DNA of 64,000 nt. Source: Parcubacteria group bacterium. GTDB lineage: Bacteria; Patescibacteriota; Minisyncoccia; Phycocordibacterales; Phycocordibacteraceae. Made by a program: the position numbers and the translations under genes. Positions 1 to 9,800 of the stretch are shown here, one piece after another. The DNA lies in assembly GCA_028286605.1 (NCBI GenBank), contig JAQBRE010000002.1:262011-326010 (forward strand). The letters run 5' to 3'. The first letter of the stretch is position 1; every line of letters begins with the position of its first letter. The notes below the pieces were generated by a model. It searched no databases, was not told where the DNA came from, and was given only the letters and a program-made list of their open reading frames with translations.

Positions 1-383
1 CATACTGTTTTTATAAGAATAAGTTCATCGTTGTTCTGGCAGGGCAGACTGGCATGTGGACTCCTCCTGGAGGCAGCGTTGAAGTCGGGGAGTCGCTTGA
101 GGAAGCAGTGGTGCGAGAAGTGCACGAAGAAACAAATATGCGAGTGATCAAGCAATGTTTAATTGGATACCAAGACATTAGTGAATCTGCTGGAATAATT
201 ACTCAAACACGTTCCGTATGTCTCGTTGAGCCGTACGGAGAATTCATTTCTGATCCTGATGGAGACATAACTGAGATTAAGCTCATCGACCCAGATTCCT
301 ATAAAGAATTCTTTGACTGGGGCAAGGTTGGAGATCATATTATGGAACAGTCGCTGATCAAAAAGGAATATCTTTTATCCTAA
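1..383 (+). CDS. NUDIX hydrolase (5' end probably outside the window or upstream of 54)
   Basis: Nudix box GGSVEVGESLEEAVVREVHEET. Confidence 0.85.
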   Translation, partial: YCFYKNKFIVVLAGQTGMWTPPGGSVEVGESLEEAVVREVHEETNMRVIKQCLIGYQDISESAGIITQTRSVCLVEPYGEFISDPDGDITEIKLIDPDSYKEFFDWGKVGDHIMEQSLIKKEYLLS

Positions 384-427
384 TTCCAGCAGCGTCCACC
401 TAGGACGCTCGCGACGCAAAAGCCCCA

Positions 428-637
428 TCAGGGGCTTTTGCGATATCCGCGCAGCGCATACAGCATCAGCGAGAACCACACCAAGAAAGAAGCCAGTCCT
501 ACGATGAAGAACGAAGCAGCAGTTTGGAAATATATCGCGCTGCTGATCATCTTCCCGAGCCATATTGAGGTAAGAAACATGCCTGCGCAGCATATAAGGC
601 AGACAAGAAATATTCTAAAAAGGATGCGCTCAGCCAT
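428..637 (-). CDS. small two-TM membrane protein
   Basis: 69-aa hydrophobic ORF filling the gap between the NUDIX gene and cyoA. Confidence 0.6.
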   Translation of the reverse strand: MAERILFRIFLVCLICCAGMFLTSIWLGKMISSAIYFQTAASFFIVGLASFLVWFSLMLYALRGYRKSP

Positions 638-693
638 ATCAATGAGAACTGGGTGGGTAGTGGCTAGGTTACGGCTGGTATACTGGCTATATA

Positions 694-1626
694 ATGAGCC
701 GGAATATCATCCTGACGTGCGTGGCGGCAGCGCTCATCCTCGGCCTGAGCGGCTTCGCGTTCCTGCACAGCTCAAGCCTCGCGCTTCTGAACCCGAGCGG
801 CATCATCGGGGTGCACGAGAAATCCGTCATCATCCTTACCGTGCTGCTTTCGGGCATCATCGTGGTGCCGGTGTTCCTGATGCTCTTCTCGTTCGCGTGG
901 AAGTATCGCGCGGACGATCCTGAGGCTATCGAGCATCACGCGCCGGAGTGGGATCACGACAGCTGGTGGACGGACGAATTGGTGTGGTGGGTGGTGCCAG
1001 GAGTGATCGTGTTCTTGCTTTCGATTCTTGCATGGCAGAGCGCACACACGCTTGATCCGTATGAAGCGCTTACTTCGAAGGAAGCGCCGATAACGGTGCA
1101 GGTGGTCGCGCTTGATTGGAAGTGGCTGTTCATTTATCCGGCACAGGGAATCGCGACGGTGAACATGCTCGAGATTCCAGAGAACACGCCGATACATTTT
1201 GAAATCACCGCAGATGCGCCTATGAATTCCTTCTGGATTCCAAAACTTGGCGGGCAGATAATGGCGATGCAGGGTATGACGAATCAGTTGAATCTTGAGG
1301 CGACCGGAGAGGGAACATACACGGGCGTGTCTGCGAATATAAGCGGCGCAGGATTCGCTGGAATGACATTTCCTGCAAAGAGCGTTTCTAAAGATGAGTT
1401 CGACGCATGGGTGCAGTCTCACAAGAGTGAGGCGCCGCTTAACGCCGACGCGTACGCGGCACTCGCCAAGCCGAGCAGCTATACGCCGCCCGCATACTAT
1501 TCGCTCCCGAATGCGAACTTGTATACTTCAATCATAATGACGTACATGATGCCCGCGAACATGCAGCCTGCGCCGATAGCGATGCCAGCGATGAATATGG
1601 CTTCAACATCTACCACAACGCCATGA
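694..1626 (+). CDS. cyoA: cytochrome bo3 ubiquinol oxidase subunit II
   Basis: VQVVALDWKWLFIYP, MNSFWIPKLGGQI; no CuA motif; first gene of the operon. Confidence 0.95.
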   Translation: MSRNIILTCVAAALILGLSGFAFLHSSSLALLNPSGIIGVHEKSVIILTVLLSGIIVVPVFLMLFSFAWKYRADDPEAIEHHAPEWDHDSWWTDELVWWVVPGVIVFLLSILAWQSAHTLDPYEALTSKEAPITVQVVALDWKWLFIYPAQGIATVNMLEIPENTPIHFEITADAPMNSFWIPKLGGQIMAMQGMTNQLNLEATGEGTYTGVSANISGAGFAGMTFPAKSVSKDEFDAWVQSHKSEAPLNADAYAALAKPSSYTPPAYYSLPNANLYTSIIMTYMMPANMQPAPIAMPAMNMASTSTTTP

Positions 1627-3593
1627 ACTGGTACTCACTGATATTCGGTACGCTCTCGTGGTCTCAGTTGCCGCAGAATCCTATTGCGTGGTTCGGCGCA
1701 TGCTGCGTGCTGCTCGGCGGCCTTGTGGTGCTCGGCATCATCACCTATAACAAATTCTGGACGCGTCTGTGGAAAGAATGGCTTACCTCGGTTGATCCGA
1801 AACGTATCGGCGTGATGTATCTGGTGGTCGCAGCGATTATGCTTGCGCGTGGAGGTGTCGATGCATTGCTGATGCGCGCGCAGCAGGCAACTTCAGTGGG
1901 GGATTCGCAGGGAATACTTACTGCGCAGCATTTCCAGGAGATCTTCTCGGCGCATGGCTCGATCATGATCTTCTTCGTGGCGATGGGATTCATGTTCGGC
2001 CTTATCAATCTTATTCTTCCGCTGCAAATAGGCGCACGCGATGTTGCATTCCCATTCCTGAACTCGCTCAGCTTCTGGCTGTTCGCCGCCGGCGCAGTGC
2101 TGGTGAATGTGTCGCTCGTGCTGGGTGATTTCTCTGCGGCGGGCTGGCTGGCATACCCGCCGCTCTCTGAGCTCGCCTATAGTCCGACGGTGGGCGTGGA
2201 CTACTGGCTGTGGAGCCTGCAGATATCTGGCATCGGGTCTTTGCTTTCAGGAGTGAACTTCCTCGTTACTATCGTGCGCATGCGCTGCAAGGGAATGACA
2301 TACATGAAGATGCCGATGTTCGTATGGAGCGTCTTCGGCGCAATGTGGCTCGTCGTGGTCTCGTTCCCGATACTCACCGTTACGCTCGCGCTGCTCGCGC
2401 TTGATCGAACAGCCGGCATGCACTTCTTCACGGCCGGCTTCGGCGGCAACATGATGATGTATGTGAACTTGATTTGGGCATGGGGCCATCCTGAAGTGTA
2501 CATACTGATTCTTCCGGCCTTCGGTATTTTCTCGGAAGTGGTGCCGGTGTTCTCCGGCAAGAAGCTTGCCGGCTACACGTCTATGGTGCTTTCAATCATG
2601 GCGATCGTCGCGCTTTCGTTCCTCGTGTGGCTGCATCATTTCTTTACGATGGGCGCCGGTGCGGATGTGAACGCGTTCTTCGGCATCATGACGGCAGTGA
2701 TCGCGATACCGACGGGCGTGAAGATCTTCAACTGGATTTTCACTATGTATAAAGGACGCATCCGCTTCACGACGCCGATGCTGTGGTTCATGGGCTTCGT
2801 CGTGCTGTTCACGCTTGGTGGCATCGCCGGCGTGGTGATGGCGGAACCGCCGGCAGACTATCAGCTGCATAACAGCCTGTTCCTGGTGGCGCACTTCCAT
2901 ACGATGATCGTGAGCGGCGTGCTCTTCGGCTACTTCGCCGGCCTAACGTATTGGTTCCCGAAGATATTCGGCTTCCGCCTTGATGAACGCCTGGGTCGTC
3001 GTGCATTCTGGTTCTGGCTCTTCGGGTTCATCCTTGCCTTCGGTCCGCTCTATGTGCTCGGCCTCATGGGTGCCACACGACGTATCGACCACTACGCTGC
3101 TGCGACCGGCTGGCAAGGCTGGTTCATAATTGCCGCTATCGGCGCGGTGCTTATTGCGTGTGGCTTCATTACGCAGATCATGCAGCTCGTGCACAGCATC
3201 AAGTGTCGCAATGATCGTCGCGACACTACCGGCGATCCGTGGAATGGCCGCACGCTCGAATGGTCGGTGGTTTCGCCGGCACCGTTCTATAACTTCGCAA
3301 CGCTTCCGGTGGTTGAGCAGCGCGACCCATTCTGGTATTCGAAAGGTTCGCAGCTGCTAAAGCAGGAAACATACGAAGATATCGTGATGCCGAAGAATAC
3401 GAGCGCAGGGCTCATCATCGCCGGCTTCGTATTCTTATGTGCCTTCGGTATCGTGTGGCACATGTGGCTGCTCGTTGGCATTGCGTTGCTGGGTGCAATC
3501 ATTACAGTGCTCGTTCGCGTATTTAGCGAAGAAACGGAATATGTGGTTACGGCGAGCGAAGTGGAACGGATAGAGCGCATGCATACTATATGA
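1623..3593 (+). CDS. cyoB: cytochrome bo3 ubiquinol oxidase subunit I
   Basis: Heme-copper ligands AHG, WGHPEVY, WLHH, AHFH; SVDPKRIG motif. Confidence 0.97.
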   Translation: MNWYSLIFGTLSWSQLPQNPIAWFGACCVLLGGLVVLGIITYNKFWTRLWKEWLTSVDPKRIGVMYLVVAAIMLARGGVDALLMRAQQATSVGDSQGILTAQHFQEIFSAHGSIMIFFVAMGFMFGLINLILPLQIGARDVAFPFLNSLSFWLFAAGAVLVNVSLVLGDFSAAGWLAYPPLSELAYSPTVGVDYWLWSLQISGIGSLLSGVNFLVTIVRMRCKGMTYMKMPMFVWSVFGAMWLVVVSFPILTVTLALLALDRTAGMHFFTAGFGGNMMMYVNLIWAWGHPEVYILILPAFGIFSEVVPVFSGKKLAGYTSMVLSIMAIVALSFLVWLHHFFTMGAGADVNAFFGIMTAVIAIPTGVKIFNWIFTMYKGRIRFTTPMLWFMGFVVLFTLGGIAGVVMAEPPADYQLHNSLFLVAHFHTMIVSGVLFGYFAGLTYWFPKIFGFRLDERLGRRAFWFWLFGFILAFGPLYVLGLMGATRRIDHYAAATGWQGWFIIAAIGAVLIACGFITQIMQLVHSIKCRNDRRDTTGDPWNGRTLEWSVVSPAPFYNFATLPVVEQRDPFWYSKGSQLLKQETYEDIVMPKNTSAGLIIAGFVFLCAFGIVWHMWLLVGIALLGAIITVLVRVFSEETEYVVTASEVERIERMHTI

Positions 3594-4171
3594 ACGGCAT
3601 CATGAACGACATGAAAAAAGATTCTACGACGGTGTTCGGATTCTGGGTATACCTGATGACGGACTTCGTACTCTTCGCATCGCTTTTCGCGGTATATGCC
3701 GTATTGCATGCAAATACGTTCGGCGGCGTAGGAGGAAAAGATATCTTCAACGCGCCGTTCGTGCTTATTGAAACGATAATCCTGCTCACGAGCAGTTTCA
3801 CCACCGGCCTCGCGCTTCTTGCAGCAAAGGCAGGGAAGAAGTGGTGGGTATTGATTCTGCTTCTTGCGACGGCTGCGCTCGGTGCTGCGTTCGTATCGCT
3901 CGAGTTCAGTGAGTTCAGCACTCTCGTACTCGAAGGTCACCGTTGGACGCAAAGTGGTTTTCTGTCGGCATACTTTACATTGGTGGGAACACACGGCTTA
4001 CACGTTTTGATCGGCTTGCTGTGGATGGTGGCACTCATGATCGCTATCATCCGTCATGGCCTTACGCAGCCGAACATGCGCAAGCTCTTGCTCTTCAGCT
4101 TGTTCTGGCACTTCCTTGATATCATCTGGATATTCATCTTTACGCTCGTATACCTATTCGGTCTCCTATGA
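3590..4171 (+). CDS. cyoC: cytochrome bo3 oxidase subunit III
   Basis: FGFWVYLMTD, LVGTHGLHV, FWHFLDIIW. Confidence 0.95.
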   Translation: MNGIMNDMKKDSTTVFGFWVYLMTDFVLFASLFAVYAVLHANTFGGVGGKDIFNAPFVLIETIILLTSSFTTGLALLAAKAGKKWWVLILLLATAALGAAFVSLEFSEFSTLVLEGHRWTQSGFLSAYFTLVGTHGLHVLIGLLWMVALMIAIIRHGLTQPNMRKLLLFSLFWHFLDIIWIFIFTLVYLFGLL

Positions 4172-4572
4172 ACACTCGCACTTATTTCGAAGACGTCGGC
4201 GCCTGGCCGGCAGCAGAAGGAAAGCCGCACCTGGTATGGCCTGCCTACGTACTTGGCTTTATTCTTTCGCTCCTGCTTACATTCGCTGCGTACGGCGTGG
4301 TGGTGTATCACGTCCTACCCGTATCGCTTACGTATGTGATCGCGGTGCTGATAGGGCTCGCTGGCATACAGTTCCTCGTGCAGCTCGTGTTCTTCTTCCA
4401 CTTGAGCGCACAGCACGCTGCGCGCGAACGTCTCATCATTCTTGGCGGCACGATAATAATCGTTGGAATACTGCTTTCCGGTTCTATCTGGATCATGTTC
4501 ACGCTTGATCAGCGAATGATGCCGAGCGCTACGCAGATGACGCACTACATGGATACGCAGGCTGGTATTTAA
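4168..4572 (+). CDS. cyoD: cytochrome bo3 oxidase subunit IV
   Basis: YVLGFILSLLLT, QLVFFFHL, GSIWIM; operon position. Confidence 0.9.
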   Translation: MNTRTYFEDVGAWPAAEGKPHLVWPAYVLGFILSLLLTFAAYGVVVYHVLPVSLTYVIAVLIGLAGIQFLVQLVFFFHLSAQHAARERLIILGGTIIIVGILLSGSIWIMFTLDQRMMPSATQMTHYMDTQAGI

Positions 4573-4574
4573 TC

Positions 4575-5438
4575 ATGTTCAAGAACTATTATCGTTTAGC
4601 GAAGCCAGGGATCGTATACGGCAATACGTTCACCACGCTTGCAGGATTTTTGTTCGCATCGCAATTGAATTTCAGCCCTCTGACGATTATCCTCCTGCTC
4701 GCTACGCTCGCAGGTCTGGGCCTCGTCATAGCATCCGCTGCGGTATTCAATAACTATCTTGATCGCGATATCGATAAGAAGATGGAACGCACCAGCAAGC
4801 GCCCGCTTGTGACGGGTGTTATCAGCCCGCGTGCCGCGCTTATATATGGAACAGTATTAGGGCTCATCGGATTCGCGATTCTTTTCTTTTTCGTAAATAT
4901 ACTCAGTACAGAAATCGCGCTCTTCGGATTCATCTTCTACGCGCTCATCTATACGATAGCGAAACACAAGACGTCATGGGCTGCGGTTATCGGAAGCATC
5001 CCGGGCGCCGTGCCGATCGTCGTGGGATACACGGCCGTAACAAATCATCTCGATATCTCTGCGCTCATTCTTTTCATCGTAATGGTGGCGTGGCAGATGC
5101 CGCACTTCTATGCGATCGCGGTCTATCGCCTGAAGGAATATGAAGCAGCTGGCATACCCGTGCTTCCTGCAAAGAAGGGAATAGCACGAACGAAGATTCA
5201 CATGCTTCTGTACATCATCGCGTTTCTGGTTGCCGCTATCGCGCTTTTCGCGTTCGGCTACGTCGGCTACGTATATCTCGTACTCATTCTTACCTTCGGT
5301 CTTTCATGGCTCTGGCGCAGCATCAAGGGATTCAAAACCTCTGATGACCCGAAATGGGCACGCAGCTTATTTCTTTACTCGCTTGTCGTGCTGGTCGCAT
5401 TCTGCGTCGCTATCATTCTTGGCCCCGTCCTACCGTAG
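4575..5438 (+). CDS. cyoE: protoheme IX farnesyltransferase (heme O synthase)
   Basis: NNYLDRDIDKKMERTSKRP, WQMPHFYAIA. Confidence 0.95.
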   Translation: MFKNYYRLAKPGIVYGNTFTTLAGFLFASQLNFSPLTIILLLATLAGLGLVIASAAVFNNYLDRDIDKKMERTSKRPLVTGVISPRAALIYGTVLGLIGFAILFFFVNILSTEIALFGFIFYALIYTIAKHKTSWAAVIGSIPGAVPIVVGYTAVTNHLDISALILFIVMVAWQMPHFYAIAVYRLKEYEAAGIPVLPAKKGIARTKIHMLLYIIAFLVAAIALFAFGYVGYVYLVLILTFGLSWLWRSIKGFKTSDDPKWARSLFLYSLVVLVAFCVAIILGPVLP

Positions 5439-6086
5439 GCGCTCTTTCAGTCCATCGAACATCACGACATCAGTCGCGTAATCTATCAGGCCAGGCAGGG
5501 AAGGAGGAATCAGTTTCGCTGATCTACCATTCGGTTTCGCAAGGCGAAGGCGCAGATGGAAGGAAGTGCTCGTCGGCGTATCATTTTCCAGTACAAGTGC
5601 CCAGGTGAATGCATACGGTTGCGCCGTGGTGGTCGCTTCGCCATTATGGAATGATCCGTACACGACGTACTGATTCTGCTGCAACGAAAGCACTTTCAAT
5701 GAACCGCCGCCCCAATCGGGAACAACATCGCCTACGTTCATATGCTGGAATTGCTGAAGCGTCGTGCTTGCCGCATGTTCGTGAAGTACATCCTCCAGCC
5801 AGAACGGTGCATACCAGCCGCCGCGATCTTTTCCGAGCTGCTGTATCCACGGCCACGCAACCTCTGCTGAAACCGGAAGCGTTGCTGCGCGGTCTATCGA
5901 GATCCACGGATCAGCAATGACCTTGTCGCCGGGCAATGCTTCAGAAATTTGTGCAGGAGTTACACCTGAATGCGTGCCAAGGATGTGGACCGCCAGAACG
6001 AGAACAACAATAACCGCCAGAACGATGACTAGAATAGTGCGTGTGCGTTTCATCTTTCTATAGTAGCGCCTTTCCAATCCCATCAT
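5430..6086 (-). CDS. membrane-anchored hypothetical protein, SRPBCC-like (start probably at MKRTRT, 6053)
   Basis: N-terminal TM; LPGD...WPWIQQLGKDRGGWY motif. Confidence 0.7.
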   Translation of the reverse strand: MMGLERRYYRKMKRTRTILVIVLAVIVVLVLAVHILGTHSGVTPAQISEALPGDKVIADPWISIDRAATLPVSAEVAWPWIQQLGKDRGGWYAPFWLEDVLHEHAASTTLQQFQHMNVGDVVPDWGGGSLKVLSLQQNQYVVYGSFHNGEATTTAQPYAFTWALVLENDTPTSTSFHLRLRLAKPNGRSAKLIPPSLPGLIDYATDVVMFDGLKERLR

Positions 6087-6154
6087 TTGATGAATAGTGG
6101 AATTATGCCGTTTCTGCTAGACTGCCGACAGATTGAAATCAACGAGGTGCGGTA

Positions 6155-6598
6155 ATGGATATGTTCTCACTCGAAGTCCCGTTGAGCGTCTTGATGCTCA
6201 AGGTGCTCGTTTTTGGTCTGGTTGCGCTCCTTGGCCTCCAACTTAAAGATGCAGCCCAGCTGGGCAAGGATCTTCATGCAGACCGTACGCAAAGTGATCG
6301 CCTATACAAGATTCTGCTTCGGCGGAAGAAAACCTTAACGTTCTATATATTCTGCTCGATTATCTTCAGTATTTTGGCAATTGAGGCAACGGTGCAGGTT
6401 ACCGGCAGACGCGATGCATTTCCGACTCTGCTTCCATTCCATCTGGTTTTCGCATTCATATTCTTCGCTCTATTCGTCACTCTCTTGGTACTGAACGGCC
6501 ACCGGCATCCGAGACAGCATCGCAAGATTGCCATTATGTTCATTGTGTTCGGTATGGTGGCTCTCATAAGCGGTCTCTATATGCTCGTGAAGATGTAG
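6155..6598 (+). CDS. hypothetical membrane protein
   Basis: 147-aa ORF with 4 hydrophobic segments, GAGGT RBS, downstream hairpin. Confidence 0.65.
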   Translation: MDMFSLEVPLSVLMLKVLVFGLVALLGLQLKDAAQLGKDLHADRTQSDRLYKILLRRKKTLTFYIFCSIIFSILAIEATVQVTGRRDAFPTLLPFHLVFAFIFFALFVTLLVLNGHRHPRQHRKIAIMFIVFGMVALISGLYMLVKM

Positions 6599-6660
6599 AC
6601 AATGAGGAACCCCACTCGCGCATGCGTGAGTGGGGCCTCTTTCTATCTTTCGTTCAATCG

Positions 6661-7044
6661 TTATTCGCCCACCTCGTGCAGATCTTCCTGTATCGTGCTG
6701 CGCAAGTCGTTGAACTCCTTCGTGAGGCGATCAAGCTTCTCGTCGGCACTATCTTCGATATCGATGAAATCATTACGTGCAGGATCGATCGAGCGGATGA
6801 TCTCATCCAGCTTCAGATGAATTGCATGCGCATCGCGATTCTGTGTGTTCTGAATCAGGAACACCATGAGGAACGTAAGGATCGTCGTACCGGTATTAAT
6901 CACCAGCTGCCAGGTGTTGGAGAACTGGAAGATCGGTCCGGTAAGTGCCCAGACGACCACCAGCAATACGGCAACGATGAAACCGAACGGCGAACCTGTC
7001 GCCTTGCTCGTCCACTGGGCTGTCTTGCGGAACAGATTCTTCAT
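6661..7044 (-). CDS. low-affinity iron permease family protein
   Basis: WQLVINTGTTILTFLMVFLIQNTQNRD...HLKLDE. Confidence 0.9.
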   Translation of the reverse strand: MKNLFRKTAQWTSKATGSPFGFIVAVLLVVVWALTGPIFQFSNTWQLVINTGTTILTFLMVFLIQNTQNRDAHAIHLKLDEIIRSIDPARNDFIDIEDSADEKLDRLTKEFNDLRSTIQEDLHEVGE

Positions 7045-7051
7045 ACGGATA

Positions 7052-7270
7052 TTATGCCTGCTCGCTACGTGCGTAGCACTTGCAGCCGCCTGAACAGAAC
7101 TGCACGAGACCGATAAGAATGATTATAATTGGCCATGCGAAGCGGGCGATAGTAACATCCAGATAGCCGAGGGTTCCAAGAAGGAAGTTCAATCCGAAGA
7201 GCATGATAAGGATTGGAACTATCTTGTGATGAGGGCAACGGCAAGCCGATGCTGAGTTAACGTGATTCAT
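7052..7270 (-). CDS. small Cys-containing membrane protein
   Basis: 72 aa, CRCPHH at the N-terminus, two TM segments, CKC at the C-terminus. Confidence 0.6.
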   Translation of the reverse strand: MNHVNSASACRCPHHKIVPILIMLFGLNFLLGTLGYLDVTIARFAWPIIIILIGLVQFCSGGCKCYARSEQA

Positions 7271-7434
7271 GTACTGAAATTATTGGGTATGCCTTAAGAA
7301 TAACATTGAAAAAAAGCAAGAAATACCGTAGTGTTCAAGGGTTCGCCTATAGAACAAAAGCCGATGTAGGCTTATGAAGCCTGCAGCGTGCTCTCTCGGG
7401 CGAAAAGACATAAGAATGTCTTTTACCCTCGTTC

Positions 7435-7506
7435 GCCGATGTAGCTCAGGGGTAGAGCAACTCCATGGTAAGGAGTAGGTCGACAGTTCAATTCTGTCCA
7501 TCGGCT
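7435..7506 (+). tRNA. tRNA-Thr(GGT)
   Basis: Cloverleaf: GCCGATG/CATCGGC acceptor, ACTCC-atGGTaa-GGAGT anticodon arm, TTCAATT T-loop; CCA not encoded. Confidence 0.95.
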
Positions 7507-7604
7507 CAACAAAAAGTGAAGAACAGCTAAAATATTCCTGGGGCTCTTCTAAAGGAAAGCTGAAGAGTCCTTTTCAGGCACAACCCATTTCTTATAATTA
7601 ATGG

Positions 7605-8045
7605 ATGTCTAATCCGAAGAAAGCAAGAACTCCTTGTCTTGTTTGTTCAAAAGAACCGGCACGCGCAGCATATAAATACTGCAGCAATTCATGTCAGCAA
7701 GAATTCGAATACCGAATGTACATTGAAGAGTGGAAAAGAGGAGAAATATCTGGTCTGGCGAAGATTGGAATCGTATCCAGTACCGTTAAGCGATATCTGA
7801 GAAGAAAATTTAATAACAAATGTTGCGTGTGCGGATGGGAAGAAGTGAATACCAAAACCGGGCTCGTCCCTCTTGTGGCAGATCATATCGACGGGAATTG
7901 GCATAATAACAACGAAAGCAATTTGCGACTTATTTGTCCAAACTGTGATTCACTCACTCATACGTATGCAGCTCTAAATAAAGGAAAAGGAAGGGATAAT
8001 CGTGCTAAAAGTAAACGATCGATGGATGCCCACATGCTTGTCTAA
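7605..8045 (+). CDS. HNH endonuclease with Zn-finger motifs
   Basis: CLVC...YCSNSC; CCVCG...DHIDGNWHNNNESNLRLICPNCDS. Confidence 0.9.
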   Translation: MSNPKKARTPCLVCSKEPARAAYKYCSNSCQQEFEYRMYIEEWKRGEISGLAKIGIVSSTVKRYLRRKFNNKCCVCGWEEVNTKTGLVPLVADHIDGNWHNNNESNLRLICPNCDSLTHTYAALNKGKGRDNRAKSKRSMDAHMLV

Positions 8046-8074
8046 ATGTGCTTTGAAAGGTAATGTTTTCAAAT

Positions 8075-8150
8075 GCCGAGGTAGCTCAGTTGGTAGAGCG
8101 GCGGTATCGTAAATCGTAGGTCGGGAGTTCAAGCCTCCCCCTCGGCTCCA
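8075..8150 (+). tRNA. tRNA-Thr(CGT)
   Basis: GCCGAGG/CCTCGGC acceptor, anticodon loop atCGTaa, TTCAAGC T-loop, encoded CCA. Confidence 0.93.
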
Positions 8151-8155
8151 ATGCA

Positions 8156-8185
8156 AGCAAAAACCGCCGCAAGGCGGTTTTTGCT
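8156..8185 (+). terminator. intrinsic terminator
   Basis: AGCAAAAACCGCC-GCAA-GGCGGTTTTTGCT hairpin. Confidence 0.85.
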
Positions 8186-8196
8186 ATACTTGCAAG

Positions 8197-9099
8197 ATGA
8201 ATCCCGAAGAACGACTCACGGAGATAGAAGCGCTGATGGCATCGCCTAGCTTCTGGAGCGACAAGGACAATGCGCAGAAAGTAGTGCGCGAATATCAGTC
8301 GCTTAAAGAGGGTGGCTCAGGCGATCCGGCAGACGCTCACGACGCGGGCTCAGCAACGCTCGCCATACTCGCCGGCGCAGGCGGCGATGATGCGGAAGAT
8401 TTCGCACGTATGCTGCGCGGCATGTACGAAGGGTACGCGAGCAATAAAGGATGGACCGCACGCGAATTGCATGCGAACGAGAACAATCACGGCGGCTACC
8501 GGAACGTGCTTCTTGAAATAGAAGGACGCGGTGCGTATGGCCGGCTTAAGAAAGAAAGTGGCGTGCACCGCCTCGTGCGCATCTCGCCGTTCAACGCGAA
8601 CGACAAGCGCCAGACTTCATTCGCTCTGGTAGAAGTATTGCCGGTGCTCGCGCCGAATGAACAGGTTGCGCTGAATCCGGATGATCTCGAAGTGACGTTC
8701 GCCCGCTCCGGAGGAGCGGGAGGTCAGAACGTGAACAAGCGCGAAACTGCCGTGCGTATCACACATGTCCCTACCGGCATCTCCGTACACGTTTCCAGCG
8801 AACGCAGCCAGCAAGCGAATCGCGAAAAGGCAGAAGCCTTCATAAAAGCTAAGATATTTGCAAAAGAAGAAGAGAAGCGCCAAGCCGAGGCAAAAGGCCG
8901 CTCGATAGCCGCTACCACGGCAAATGAATGGGGAAGCCAGATGCGCTCGTACGTCCTTCACCCGTATAAGATGGTGAAAGATCACGAAACAGGCCACGAA
9001 TCATCGAATCCTGACGCTGTTTTGGGTGGTGACCTCGATGCATTCATCGATGCAGCCAATGCCGAACCACAGGAATCTGGGCAGGTCGAGGGTGAGTAG
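8197..9099 (+). CDS. prfB: peptide chain release factor 2 (short form)
   Basis: SPF tripeptide (RISPF), GGQ motif, [13 protein letters not shown]. Confidence 0.93.
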   Translation: MNPEERLTEIEALMASPSFWSDKDNAQKVVREYQSLKEGGSGDPADAHDAGSATLAILAGAGGDDAEDFARMLRGMYEGYASNKGWTARELHANENNHGGYRNVLLEIEGRGAYGRLKKESGVHRLVRISPFNANDKRQTSFALVEVLPVLAPNEQVALNPDDLEVTFARSGGAGGQNVNKRETAVRITHVPTGISVHVSSERSQQANREKAEAFIKAKIFAKEEEKRQAEAKGRSIAATTANEWGSQMRSYVLHPYKMVKDHETGHESSNPDAVLGGDLDAFIDAANAEPQESGQVEGE

Positions 9100-9116
9100 G
9101 GTATAATAATCCGGTC

Positions 9117-9797
9117 ATGATCTATTTCGACAAGGTGACGAAGCTCTACCGAGACGGGACTCCTGCTCTTGAAGACATCACCCTCTCGATCGCTCCTAAG
9201 GAATTCGTTTCAATCGTCGGCCACTCCGGCGCAGGAAAGACGACACTTCTTAAAATGCTTCTCGTTGAAGAAGCGCCTACAGAAGGCACTATCTATTTCG
9301 AATCAACCGATGTGCACTCATTGCCAAAGAGCATGCTGCACCACTATCGTCGCAAGATCGGCATGGTCTTCCAGGACTTCCGTCTTATTCCGAATAAGAC
9401 CGCATACGAGAACATTGCGTTCGCGATGGAAGCGGCAGGCCGTCCCGATGACGAGATCGCATCAGACGTGCCGCACATACTTGATCTTGTGGACCTCACG
9501 AGCAAGGGCGGCCACTTTCCGCATCAGCTTTCCGGCGGCGAGCAGCAGCGCGTCGCTATCGGCCGCGCTATCGTGAATCAGCCGGACCTCATCGTTGCCG
9601 ATGAGCCGACGGGCAACCTCGACCCGGTGAACACGTACGAGATCGTCGAGATCCTTAAGAAGATCAACGAGCTCGGCACCACCGTGCTTATTACGACGCA
9701 CAATAAGGGTGTCGTGGATGCGATGGGGAAGCGCGTTATTACTATGGAGCGCGGACGCATCGTGCGTGACGATGCGCACGGACAATATATTCTTTAG
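9117..9797 (+). CDS. ftsE: cell division ABC ATPase FtsE
   Basis: GHSGAGKT, VFQDFRL, LSGGEQQRV, ADEPTGNLD; precedes ftsX. Confidence 0.92.
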   Translation: MIYFDKVTKLYRDGTPALEDITLSIAPKEFVSIVGHSGAGKTTLLKMLLVEEAPTEGTIYFESTDVHSLPKSMLHHYRRKIGMVFQDFRLIPNKTAYENIAFAMEAAGRPDDEIASDVPHILDLVDLTSKGGHFPHQLSGGEQQRVAIGRAIVNQPDLIVADEPTGNLDPVNTYEIVEILKKINELGTTVLITTHNKGVVDAMGKRVITMERGRIVRDDAHGQYIL

Positions 9798-9800
9798 CCT

